A stretch of 32,015 nt of DNA, taken from NCBI GenBank assembly GCA_018302745.1, contig JAGVZH010000010.1, positions 1 to 32,015 on the forward strand, given 5' to 3'. Shown piece by piece: positions 8,415 to 18,352 of the stretch. The notes under the pieces were generated by a model, which saw only the letters and a list, made by a program, of their open reading frames with translations, did no database searches and had not been told where the DNA came from. Made by a program: the position numbers and the translations under genes. The stretch is from Candidatus Woesearchaeota archaeon (lineage in GTDB: Archaea; Nanobdellota; Nanobdellia; SCGC-AAA011-G17; JAGVZH01). Positions within the stretch are counted from its first letter, which is position 1. Every line of letters begins with the position of its first letter.

Positions 8415-10945
8415 TTATAACTTAGATTTGTATTCTTCTATCTCTTTAATAAACCTTTCTGCAGTTTTAACTATATGCTCTGGCTGGGTTTTGAATATGG
8501 CTGCTACTTTTTTTACTGTATCCTCATCATTAAATTCATCTTTATCAGGAATTTTTAGCTTTAAATCCTTTAAGAATACTTTTTGTTTTTTCTTAATGGC
8601 TTTTCTGCCTAACTTCCATTTTTCAAACAAGTCTTTAGATGCAGAAAACACTTCATTTGAAGCAACATTAAGCATCTTTGACATTTGGCTCAATATTGCT
8701 GAATACCTTTCTTCTTCTTTTTTAGCAGCCTCTCCTGCAACAAATTCAATCCTTACTATGCTGTCTGATATTTTTGTGGATCTTAGAATTTTTATCTTTC
8801 CTACTTCTGAAGTGTTGTTCGCATGAGTCCCTCCACAGCACTCTACATCTGTTCCTATAATGTTGATAATTCTTAAATTTTTTCCAGGAACTGCGCCCCC
8901 TTGGTAAATTCCCATCCCATATTCTTTTTCAGCCACATTTCTTGGCATCAAATCTTTTTTAACCTTTATTGAGCTTTCAACAATTCTATTTGCCTCTTCC
9001 TCTATTTTCTGCTCTTGCTCCTTTGTCAATGCCTCATAATGAGTAATATCAATTCTTGCCTTTTCTTCTGCTTTGAATGCTCCAGCCTGATTAATATGCT
9101 TTCCAATAACTTTTCTGGCAGCAGCATTTATTATATGGGTTCCTGTATGGTGCTGCATTAATTGGTTTCTTCTTATCAGATTAACTTTTCCAGCAACATC
9201 CTCTAATTCATGAAATTTTGGAGTTTCTTTTAATTCATGTATTATAACATCTCCTTGCTTAAAGACATTGATAACCTCTGAATCTTCAAGCAACCCCAAG
9301 TCTGGCTCCTGCCCACCTCCTCTGGGATAAAATGCAGTCTTGTCTAAAATTACATATTTATCATTTATTATATTCAGGACTTTTGCTTTGAAGCTTGTTA
9401 TAATAGGATCATCATAATACAAAACTTCGGTTGCAGGCGGCCTTTTCATCTGTATGTTTGATTTTTTATCATCCTCTTTTAATTCATCTTTTTCCCCATG
9501 CATTTCTGAAACCTTTGCATAGAAATTTTCAGGAACAAGAATTTTTTTATTAAATTTTTCAGCTTCTTCTTTTATTAATTCCGGAGAAATGCCCTGAGAA
9601 TCATAGATTTTTAATAAAACATCCTCTGTTACGTCTTTTTTAAGAAGCTCTCCAATAATCTGCCTCGATTTTTCCTTTGTGTTTAGATATTTCTTTTTTT
9701 CAACCTCTAATATCTCCTGAACTTGAGGCAGATTTTCTCTTAATTCAGGGGCTTTAGGTATTTTGAATGTTCCTCACAAATATCAGATAAATTCAAATCC
9801 CATTTATACTTTGTTATGAAAGATAATGCTCTTCTTAAAATGACTCTTAGATTATAGCCTCCCCCAACATTTGATGGCAAAGCTGAATCTGCTATCGCCA
9901 CTAATAAAGCTCTTGAATGCTCTGCAACAGAGTAAAGTGCTGCTAAAGGCAGTATCTTGCTTCTTAATTCATTAACATCAACATTCAATTTTTGAGATAT
10001 GTCTATCCATACTTTTTTGATGTTGCTTGCTTCATCCACATTCAAGTAGGCTGAATAAGGAAGAAAATTCTTCATTAGATTCTTGTCAATTTCTATATCT
10101 GTAGCTTTGGTTAATTTTTTAATAACTGTTGGAAATGTTGTTTCATAGCTTGTAGAAGCTCCTTGGGAAAACCATGCATTTCTTTCCTGACCCATTCCCA
10201 TGTCCAATACTTTTAAGTTAAGCTCTTTCAATCCAGAAGGCGTTTGCTCATGAGTGATGTAAACTTGGTTGCCTAATTCCAATCCTCTGGAGAAAAACTC
10301 CATGCATGGACCTACATTCCCTCCACCAGCCCATCCATCCTCATGGAATGTAATCTCTTCATTTTTTATGCCTAAACCAGTTTTTAACCATGTATGTATA
10401 TCAGAAAAATACTTTTCCTGATCATACCTCTCTGGTGGCATGAATGCATGCTGCCCAATCATAACAAATCCAGTATAATGAGAGCCTGTTAAACCAACAT
10501 TGTCGATATCATTGAACCTTAAGCATAATTGAGGCACTGTCAAAGGATTTGCAGGAGGCTCAACTTCTCCAGAAACTACATAAGGCTGAAAATCATATAT
10601 AGATGCCTGGACGAAATCAGTATCCTCTCTCCACCTTGCAGCAACAGGATATCTTGGAATAGGAGTATAACCAAGTTTATTAAATATCTTTGAAAATTTT
10701 GTCCACACTTCAATATAATCCAGTTTATACTTGGATGGAGAATTATCAATAAACCTAAACCCCCCAGAACATTCTGGATTGTCGCATGTTTCAGAGTCTG
10801 CTGCTGTCCAAAAAAAAGTTCGGCATTTTGGGCACTGTTTTCTCTTAAATCCCTCTTCTTTTAATACTCTCGTTGAGTAATACTTATCAGGATCTTTAGA
10901 GGCAGTCTCTTTAAACTTTAACTTCATCTCTTTATCTATTAACAT
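8415..10945 (-). CDS. alaS: Alanine--tRNA ligase (archaeal type), interrupted by a -1 frame change near 9750
   Basis: 10945..9740 encodes the catalytic domain (RYPVAARWR, CLRFNDIDNVG, ELGNQV, DMGMGQER). The -1 frame is open 9773..8415 and continues PELRENL...IYDSQGISPE...FYPRGGGQ...HHTGTH...CCGGTH (editing domain). Confidence 0.9.
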
Positions 10946-10982
10946 AATAAAAAAGAAAGATGTGTTTATATAAATTTTTTGA

Positions 10983-11393
10983 TTATAGCAATTCGAGCTT
11001 TCTTCTCATACTTTCTATCTCTTTTTCTAATGGGCTTCTATGGGGAGATCTCTGTTTTTTAAATGATCTTTTCTCTAACTTTTGCTTTTCTTCTTTAGGC
11101 TTTGGTAAAGGAGTCATTGGAGCTGTATATTTTGGTTTTTTATGCTCTAAGTCTTTAACTTCTGGCAGACTATCTTCCAGTACTGCCTTTAGCTCGTTTA
11201 TTTCAGCAAGAACTTCGTTAAGCTTTTCCTGATACTGTTTTTTCCTGTGTTTTATTTCCCTTATAACTTCATAATGTTTTAGAATCTCAGCAGAGCTTAT
11301 TGCTGTATTTAGAATCTGTTTCCTTAAATCTATAGGACCTTCTATTTGTACGTGCATTACTCCCTGCGACTTTGACAGTTTTTCCTTAGCCAT
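10983..11393 (-). CDS. Hypothetical coiled-coil protein (strand plus long helix, Pro/Lys linker, C-terminal amphipathic helix)
   Basis: ORF with host-like composition, 2 nt downstream of the preceding gene's stop. Confidence 0.75.
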   Translation of the reverse strand: MAKEKLSKSQGVMHVQIEGPIDLRKQILNTAISSAEILKHYEVIREIKHRKKQYQEKLNEVLAEINELKAVLEDSLPEVKDLEHKKPKYTAPMTPLPKPKEEKQKLEKRSFKKQRSPHRSPLEKEIESMRRKLELL

Positions 11394-11395
11394 GC

Positions 11396-11815
11396 CTAAT
11401 CAACTTCAAATAACTTTTCGTCAATATCCAAAAGCCTGTCCTTTATTTCACCAACATTTTCATGCCAAGAATTTAGCTCTCTATCCTCTTCTGATTTTAT
11501 AATATCAAGCTTATGCAAAATATTTTCAGCTTCTTGAACCTTTTCTTTAATATGGTGCAGTGAAGAAACTACAGATTTATACTTATTAATCTTGACAAAA
11601 AGCGGAATCTTTTTCTCTATGTCTTTCTCATGAATCATTGGAGGTCTCCTTAATGGTATTTCCAATGGCTCGAGATTAGAACCTTCCCTTGAAATTTCAG
11701 GGAATTTCGGAAAAGAAGTTTTTGGTGGTAATGGTGGAAGAGATGACTCTTCTGAAAATTTAAATGTAGGAAATTCTTTAATCTCCTTTTTCTTGCTTAA
11801 ATTAAATAATGCCAA
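11396..11815 (-). CDS. Hypothetical coiled-coil protein (Pro-rich linker, C-terminal strand plus long helix)
   Basis: TTG start preceded by a strong GGAGGTG RBS; heptad pattern in the C-terminal 65 aa. Confidence 0.78.
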   Translation of the reverse strand: MALFNLSKKKEIKEFPTFKFSEESSLPPLPPKTSFPKFPEISREGSNLEPLEIPLRRPPMIHEKDIEKKIPLFVKINKYKSVVSSLHHIKEKVQEAENILHKLDIIKSEEDRELNSWHENVGEIKDRLLDIDEKLFEVD

Positions 11816-11957
11816 ATAAACACCTCCTATTTTTATATTAATGCTGAAATAAATTTATATAAAGGTTTTCTTATTATTCCTTAGTGGTGATTAAAATCAA
11901 GTATCTCCAAAGAAAAGATTTTTATATAGCCCTTATAACATTACTTTGGATTTTTAC

Positions 11958-12704
11958 ATGAAGATTAGCAATGAACTGGTAGAAGAATTGACAAAAGAAA
12001 TTGTCGGAAATAAGGCTGCTCCTTTAATACTTCTGATAAAAGAAAAAGGCACTTTGGGGGAGTTTAAGCTTGCAGAAAAACTTAAGCTTACTGTTAATCA
12101 GGTAAGATCGATTCTTTATGATCTTTCTTCGCATAGTCTGGTAACTTTTACAAGAAAAAAAGACAAAAAAAAGGGATGGTATAATTATTTTTGGAGCTTA
12201 AATGAAAGAAGGGCTTTAGAGTTAATTCTTAGCATGAAAAGACAAAGCCTGGAGATTCTAAAAAAAAGGCTTGATATCGAGTCTCATGAGACTTTTTACA
12301 AATGCCCTTCTGGCTGCATAAGGATGACTTTGGAAAATGCTATGGAATCCCAGTTTAAATGCCCTGAATGCGGAAGTGTTTTGGAAGAGCAAAAACACAT
12401 TGTTAATATCGAAAGCACAAATAAGCAGATAAAAAAATTGGAAGATGAAATCGGTGAACTTGGAAAAATCTCTTTTGTAGTCGAAGAAAAACCAAAGAAA
12501 AAAGAGAAGAAAAAGAAACCTAAAAAAGCCAAGAAGATTAAGAAAAAAGCAAAAAAGAAAAAGATTAAGAAAGTTAAAAAAATAAAGAGATTAAAGAAAA
12601 AAGCCATTAAGAAAAAAGGTGCTTCTAAAAAAAAGAAAAAAATTATTAAAAAAGGAAAAAGAAAATTTACACTTAAGAAACTAAAAAAGGTCTTTAAGAG
12701 ATAA
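11958..12704 (+). CDS. tfe: Transcription factor E (TFIIE-alpha) with a long Lys-rich tail
   Basis: Winged helix (EFKLAEKL...VRSILYDL...GWYNYFW) and Zn ribbon (CPSGC...CPECG); ATG 11958. Confidence 0.9.
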   Translation: MKISNELVEELTKEIVGNKAAPLILLIKEKGTLGEFKLAEKLKLTVNQVRSILYDLSSHSLVTFTRKKDKKKGWYNYFWSLNERRALELILSMKRQSLEILKKRLDIESHETFYKCPSGCIRMTLENAMESQFKCPECGSVLEEQKHIVNIESTNKQIKKLEDEIGELGKISFVVEEKPKKKEKKKKPKKAKKIKKKAKKKKIKKVKKIKRLKKKAIKKKGASKKKKKIIKKGKRKFTLKKLKKVFKR

Positions 12705-13281
12705 TTCCTATTAAGCCAAATAAAACCTTTGAGCCATCTAAAGGAGGTATCGGAAGCATATTAAAAATAAACAGCCATTTGTTTATGAAAGCTGTTAAGC
12801 TTAAGACTGCTGTCGTCTTTCTTTTTACATTATGTTTCTTCTTTAGGATATAAGCTGCTCCAAGCCATAATATTAAATTGACTGAAGGACCTGCTAGTGC
12901 TGTTAGTAGTGAAATTGGAGGAGTAACATTGCCTGTTAAACTCACAAATCCAGGAACTATTAAAATAAAAGGAGATGCAAGAATCTTTAAAACTATGCTA
13001 AATCCTGCTACAATTAAAGTAGTTAAATTATCATAAAATGGCACAAACACTGCACCAAGACCAAAAGCTAATCCTACAAACTTATGGGCAAGTTCATGAA
13101 GTATGACTCCTGGAGCTGCTACAAGAACTGCGAACCAAAAATCCCTTGAATCAAACCTTCTTTTGTGCATATAGTCATAAGCTGTTTTTATCCTGTAAGA
13201 GATTAATCCTGAGAATATAAATCCTAAATATAAGGAAACTATCACTAATGCTAGAATTTCAGTTATTGTGATTATAGCCAT
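12694..13281 (-). CDS. Site-2 protease family (M50) membrane metallopeptidase
   Basis: HELAH, ALAGPSVN and FNMLPIPPLDG motifs within TM helices. Confidence 0.92.
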   Translation of the reverse strand: MAIITITEILALVIVSLYLGFIFSGLISYRIKTAYDYMHKRRFDSRDFWFAVLVAAPGVILHELAHKFVGLAFGLGAVFVPFYDNLTTLIVAGFSIVLKILASPFILIVPGFVSLTGNVTPPISLLTALAGPSVNLILWLGAAYILKKKHNVKRKTTAVLSLTAFINKWLFIFNMLPIPPLDGSKVLFGLIGIIS

Positions 13282-13353
13282 ATTTTACTTTTATATGTTT
13301 AGTTTAAAAGGTTTTTGGAAAATGTATATAAATCTCAAAGTCTTATAACTCTC

Positions 13354-14571
13354 ATGGTTAAGATTCCTGATTATGTTTTAGTCAGCAGAAAGAAGAATCC
13401 AATTTATGTTCCAACTTTATTTAAGAATGTTGATATGGAAATGAATGGATTTTTTGGGAATTCTCCTCCTCAAATATTTATCGGATCAAAATTAACCTAT
13501 CCAAAAGTAAATGTAGGTATATTAAGCCCTAGCACAATAGTAGAAAACTCATGGGAATATAATTCTCAGGAATACTGGGCAAGAAATAATTATAACATTG
13601 AGCAGATAGTTGGTTTAAGGGCATCTTTGATAAATTCAAGGTTTCAGACTGAAGTTAAAAATATGAATGATAAATTTTTGGACATTGCCAAAGAAATTGG
13701 GATAGGAAAAAACCCTGTTGATGTTGAAATAGAACTGAAGAAAAAAATAAAATTAAAATTTGAAGTTGATAACATCAATATGCCTATGGGACCAAGAGCT
13801 GAGCTAAAGAAAGCTAAAATAACTGAAAATGTCAGAGTGGATAATAAAGTTGAAAAAGTTATTAATGACAATGATCTAAAGGCTTCTGAAGGAATTAACT
13901 ACTTATACAAAAAAGGCTTTGAAGACAGCAAATTAAGCCAGCTATTAAGCCTTGGTGTTTTGGGCATAAAGAAAAACAGAAAATTGGTTCCAACAAGATG
14001 GTCTATAACAGCTTCAGATGATGTAATCGGAAAAGAAATAACAAAGGAAATTAAAAATTTTAACACAATTGATGACTATAAGTTATTTTTTGGAAATTTT
14101 TTAGGAAATTATTACTTGATTATGATATTTCCTGAGGTCTTTGAGTTTGAGTTATTTGAGATGTATCTTCCTGGAAGCTCCTGGAATCAGACTAGTGTTC
14201 TGAATATCTCAACAGACTATGAGGACTATTATGGAAGGAAAGAATACGCCTCTAATACAGTAGGAGGATATTATTCTACCAGATTAGGAGTATTAGAATA
14301 TTTGAAAGAAGCAAGAAAGCAGGCTTCTGTTTTAGTCTTAAGGTTTGAATTGCCTGAATACTGGGCAAGTTTGGGAGTATGGGTTGTAAGGGAGTCAGTC
14401 AGGAAAGCTTTGGAAAATGAATTTAAGACTTTTGATGACAAGTCCGGAATGATAAACTATGCAAGGGCATTAGCTTTGAGAAATTTTAAGATTGATATCA
14501 ATAATATTCTAGTTAACAGCAAATTATTAAAAAAGAAGAAAGAACAAATGAAATTAAAGCAGTTTATTTAG
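13354..14571 (+). CDS. nreA: Archaeal Nre-family DNA repair protein
   Basis: SPPQIFIG..YPKVNVG, RKLVPTRWSITASD, GGYYSTRL, LGVWVVRE and C-terminal PIP box QMKLKQFI; ATG 13354. Confidence 0.88.
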   Translation: MVKIPDYVLVSRKKNPIYVPTLFKNVDMEMNGFFGNSPPQIFIGSKLTYPKVNVGILSPSTIVENSWEYNSQEYWARNNYNIEQIVGLRASLINSRFQTEVKNMNDKFLDIAKEIGIGKNPVDVEIELKKKIKLKFEVDNINMPMGPRAELKKAKITENVRVDNKVEKVINDNDLKASEGINYLYKKGFEDSKLSQLLSLGVLGIKKNRKLVPTRWSITASDDVIGKEITKEIKNFNTIDDYKLFFGNFLGNYYLIMIFPEVFEFELFEMYLPGSSWNQTSVLNISTDYEDYYGRKEYASNTVGGYYSTRLGVLEYLKEARKQASVLVLRFELPEYWASLGVWVVRESVRKALENEFKTFDDKSGMINYARALALRNFKIDINNILVNSKLLKKKKEQMKLKQFI

Positions 14572-14765
14572 CCCTTTAATGCAGATGAGCTCAATAATAC
14601 AATCCCTAAGCCAACTAAGGTTACAAAAATACCTATAGAGCCTTTGAATAATATTTTTATTAAATAGCCTACATCTCCTGACCAAGTAAATATCAGCCAA
14701 ATACCCATTAACATCACTAATAAGCCGACAAAAAGCTTGAATAAATTTTTAGTCATATCTGCCAT
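14568..14765 (-). CDS. Small two-TM membrane protein
   Basis: Two hydrophobic helices; GGGGG RBS-like motif upstream. Confidence 0.65.
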   Translation of the reverse strand: MADMTKNLFKLFVGLLVMLMGIWLIFTWSGDVGYLIKILFKGSIGIFVTLVGLGIVLLSSSALKG

Positions 14766-14880
14766 TGTTAAACCCCCTAAAATACTAAAATTTAATTTGT
14801 TATCACCATTTAAATACTTTATCGATAAAATTTATATATGGCAGTTGTAGTCTAGGATAGTAATAAAAAAGAGGCAATTT

Positions 14881-16005
14881 ATGTATACTTTAAGGCTGAT
14901 TAACTTTCCATTAAACAAAGAGCTTAAAGAAATTTATCTCTTTTTAACTATAAAATCTCTTGCATTATCAATGTTTGGAATTTTTATTCCATTATATCTT
15001 TTAATTGATCTTGGATTTCCTTTAAAATCAGTGCTGCTATTTTTTATTATTGCAGAAGTTGTATGGATTCTTTCATCTTTTTTCAGCGGAAAAGTCCTGG
15101 CAAGGATTGGGGCGAAACACACCATCTTATTAGGAGTATTCCTTACGATTGTTTATTTAATGTTCCTAGTAACTATGAAACAAGGGATTCTGCCTTATTT
15201 TTATCTGGCAGCATTTTTCGATGGTATTTCCGCTTCTCTCTATTGGATGGGATTTCACGCGAATTTTGTAAGATCCAGCCATAGAAAATACAGGGGTCAA
15301 GAGGCTAGCATTTGGATGGTGATTCCAAAAGGAATTAATTTATTTGGTCCTATACTAGGGGGATTGATCTTAACTTTTTTTAGTTTTGAATCTTTATTTA
15401 TATTGGTAAGTATTTTGATGATATTCAGCACAATTCCTTTGTTTTTAAGCAGAGATGTATTCAAAAGATACCACTATGACTATAAAAAAATATTTGGAAG
15501 GATTAAACTTAAAGAAAGCTTGGGGCTTTTTGGCATGGGCATTAGAGCAAGATCATTTACTCTTTTATGGCCAATTTTTGTATTTTTTATTCTAGGAACA
15601 TACCTTTCTCTTGGTTCTTTGTTTAGTTTTGCCACATTATTAGGGGTAGTTTTTTTTATTATTGTTGGCAGATGGAGCGATAAGGTTGATAAAAGAACTC
15701 TGATAAGTGCAGGCTCTATAATGCATTCATTTACATGGTTTGTAAGGACTCCAATACAGACAGCATTGCAAGTGTTTAGCATAGCATCTTTGGATATGAT
15801 TACTAGCGCAGTCATTCTAGTGCCATTTGATGCATTATCTTATGACAGGGCTGCAGAAGGAAATCCTATAGAGTATATTGCCTTTAGGGAGATTATACTC
15901 CATATGGGGGCTTTATTCCTGTTAGTGTTTATGCTTTTCATTCAGAGCTTTTCAGCAGCCTTTATTTTAACAGGATTATCCAGCTTACTCTTGATTTTCT
16001 TTTGA
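14881..16005 (+). CDS. MFS transporter
   Basis: About 12 TM helices; loop motifs GKVLARIGAK and GRWSDKVDKR; FGPILGG. Confidence 0.88.
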   Translation: MYTLRLINFPLNKELKEIYLFLTIKSLALSMFGIFIPLYLLIDLGFPLKSVLLFFIIAEVVWILSSFFSGKVLARIGAKHTILLGVFLTIVYLMFLVTMKQGILPYFYLAAFFDGISASLYWMGFHANFVRSSHRKYRGQEASIWMVIPKGINLFGPILGGLILTFFSFESLFILVSILMIFSTIPLFLSRDVFKRYHYDYKKIFGRIKLKESLGLFGMGIRARSFTLLWPIFVFFILGTYLSLGSLFSFATLLGVVFFIIVGRWSDKVDKRTLISAGSIMHSFTWFVRTPIQTALQVFSIASLDMITSAVILVPFDALSYDRAAEGNPIEYIAFREIILHMGALFLLVFMLFIQSFSAAFILTGLSSLLLIFF

Positions 16006-16052
16006 AAAAGCAAACCTTATAAATAGTATTTTTATATTGATAAAAGAGTTTT

Positions 16053-16634
16053 ATGGGAATTTATCAGCATATAAGGCAAACTTGGAAGAAGCCTAAGGAA
16101 AATTTAGGTAATTTGTATCAGTCCAGGCTAATTCAGTGGAGAAGGGACAATTCTGTTGTTAAGATAGAAAGACCTACCAGATTAGATAGAGCAAGAAGCT
16201 TGGGTTATAAGGCAAAAGAAGGGATTTTTCCAGTTAGAGTCAGAGTTCTTAGAGGAGGAAGAATGAGGAGAAGGAGCTTAAAATCAGGAAGAAGAAGCAA
16301 AAGAGCTACTGGCAGAAAAATTGTAAGCAGAAGCTATCAGGCAATAGCAGAGCAAAGGGCAGATAAAAAATACACTAATGCTGAAGTTTTGGGAAGCTAC
16401 TGGGTTGCTGAAGACGGCAAGCATAAATGGTATGAGATTATTATGGTAATTCCAAGCCATCCTTCTGTAAAGAGCGATAAAAATTTGGGATGGATATCAT
16501 CTGGAAAGCATAGGGGAAGAGTCTGGAGAGGTCTGACTTCTGCAGGAAGAAAGAGCAGAGGATTAAGAATAAAAGGCAAGGGCGCTGAAAAAGTAAGACC
16601 AAGCCTAAGGGCAAATTTAAGAAAAGCTAAATGA
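16053..16634 (+). CDS. rpl15e: 50S ribosomal protein L15e
   Basis: RPTRLDRARSLGYKAKEG, SYWVAEDGKHKWYE, RGLTSAGRKSRGL. Confidence 0.97.
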   Translation: MGIYQHIRQTWKKPKENLGNLYQSRLIQWRRDNSVVKIERPTRLDRARSLGYKAKEGIFPVRVRVLRGGRMRRRSLKSGRRSKRATGRKIVSRSYQAIAEQRADKKYTNAEVLGSYWVAEDGKHKWYEIIMVIPSHPSVKSDKNLGWISSGKHRGRVWRGLTSAGRKSRGLRIKGKGAEKVRPSLRANLRKAK

Positions 16635-16917
16635 GCTTAATTCTTTTAAATTTATTTTTTGAAAAAAAAGAGTAAAACAAAAACATTATTATTGATATAA
16701 ATATTATCACTAAGATTATTGTTACAAATACTGACACAAGGGTTAATATGGCTGCTATTATCACTGGCCCTATTATCAGCAAAAGAATTATAGATATTAA
16801 CACAGCCAGCCTATTTTTAGCTGTAAAAGATTTTGTTATTTTAATTTTATCTAAATTGAATAAGACATAAAGCAACACTAATATTATTGCCAGAATTATT
16901 ATTTCCTTTAATACCAT
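16627..16917 (-). CDS. Small hydrophobic membrane protein
   Basis: About three TM segments; convergent overlap with rpl15e. Confidence 0.6.
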   Translation of the reverse strand: MVLKEIIILAIILVLLYVLFNLDKIKITKSFTAKNRLAVLISIILLLIIGPVIIAAILTLVSVFVTIILVIIFISIIMFLFYSFFSKNKFKRIKLI

Positions 16918-16987
16918 AATTGGAACGGATTTAATAAGTATTTAAAGATATAGATATTTTTAAATATTAAACTATTAAATAGAATGT

Positions 16988-17695
16988 ATGGGTAAAAAGA
17001 TAACTTTAACTTTTATATTACTGGCTTTTGTCTTTATGTGGTATCTTTCTAATTATAATTTCATAACTGGATTGGCAGTAGAGGACATTTTTGAAGAATT
17101 AGAAAAAGATGATCTTGGAGATTTTGAGCTTAATGGAGAGGTTGTAGTAGAGGACCAAAATACAGAAAATCAGCAAGAGGAGCAGACTGGAGATAAAACT
17201 TTGGCAGAAAAAAGCACTGTTCAGCCCACCCAGCAAATACCAAGTGATGTTATTGCTCATGAAAGCGGAGGATTTTGCGGTGATTCAATAAGGCAGCTTG
17301 GAGAAGACTGCAGCAATTGCCCTGCTGATATTAAATGCAGCAAGAATGCTTATTGTGATATTGGAGTCTGCATACCTAAAAAAAGCTCTTTTAATTTGCT
17401 TCTGATAATATTAATTGCAGTATTTTCTTTAGGCATAATATTTTCTGGTTTTATAATAGTAAAGAAAAAATTTGAAAAAAAACCTGCGAAAGAGCAAAAA
17501 GTTATTGCAGAAGAGCCAAGAAAAGAGCAAAGAAAGGAGATTGTTACAAATTATGATGAGTTGGAAAAATACATAGAAAATGCTCTGAAATCTGGATACG
17601 AAAAAACAGAAGTAAGAAATCTGCTGATTCAATCAGGCTGGAAACAAGATGATGTGGATTTTGTTTTAAGGAAATTTAATCAAAAACAATTCTAG
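16988..17695 (+). CDS. Membrane-anchored protein with a Cys-rich external module
   Basis: N-terminal TM plus ITGLAV, CGDSIRQLGEDCSNCPADIKC...C...C module, second TM, C-terminal YIENALKSGY...LIQSGW helical domain. Confidence 0.75.
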   Translation: MGKKITLTFILLAFVFMWYLSNYNFITGLAVEDIFEELEKDDLGDFELNGEVVVEDQNTENQQEEQTGDKTLAEKSTVQPTQQIPSDVIAHESGGFCGDSIRQLGEDCSNCPADIKCSKNAYCDIGVCIPKKSSFNLLLIILIAVFSLGIIFSGFIIVKKKFEKKPAKEQKVIAEEPRKEQRKEIVTNYDELEKYIENALKSGYEKTEVRNLLIQSGWKQDDVDFVLRKFNQKQF

Positions 17696-18302
17696 CATCT
17701 GCAATTAAAACATCATTATTAGTCAATATTAGAGGATTAATGTCTAATTCGCTTATTTTTGGGTATTTTTTAGGCAATTGAGATGCTTTTACAATAATTT
17801 TCTTTAACAGATTGAAATTAACTGGCTTTTCCCCCCTAACTCCTTTTAAAATAGGATAGACTTTTAACTCTTTCAGCATTTCATCAGCATTTCTTTTTTC
17901 TATAGGGCATATTCTTAAAGAAGTATCTTTTAATATTTCTGTATAAACATCGCCTGAGCCTACTAATACCACATGGCCAAAAACAGCGTCTTTTTTAATG
18001 CCCAGTATCAGAAACCTGCCTTTTTTATAATCCTGAATCATCGCTTCTTCAAAGCCCCTTATTTTTTTTATTTTACTGAAAGCTTTTTCCAGCTCTTTGT
18101 CGTTTCTTATATCAAGAATAACTCCGCCAGTTTCTGATTTATGGATAATTTTCCTGCCTTGTATCTTGAGGGCAATAGGATATCTTATTTTATTTGCTAT
18201 TTTAAACGCATCATCTAAATTTTTTGCAATACCTCTGTTGGATACTGGAAATTTTTGCTTTTCCAGAAAATCCTCAGCCTCTTTTTCCCTTAGTATTTTC
18301 AT
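17676..18302 (-). CDS. ADP-forming acetate--CoA ligase beta subunit (ATP-grasp)
   Basis: YPIALK...HKSETGGV, DAVFGHVVLVGSG, ELDINPL, DARI. Confidence 0.9.
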   Translation of the reverse strand: MKILREKEAEDFLEKQKFPVSNRGIAKNLDDAFKIANKIRYPIALKIQGRKIIHKSETGGVILDIRNDKELEKAFSKIKKIRGFEEAMIQDYKKGRFLILGIKKDAVFGHVVLVGSGDVYTEILKDTSLRICPIEKRNADEMLKELKVYPILKGVRGEKPVNFNLLKKIIVKASQLPKKYPKISELDINPLILTNNDVLIADARIVFD

Positions 18303-18352
18303 CCCTTCTTATAGGGGAAAGCCTTTTAAATACTTTTTTATTAAAAACAAAT

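Noticed and set aside
17676-18302. Orphan acetate--CoA ligase beta subunit as a novelty
   Set aside because: Unlinked alpha and beta genes are common in archaea; the alpha gene may lie outside the window.
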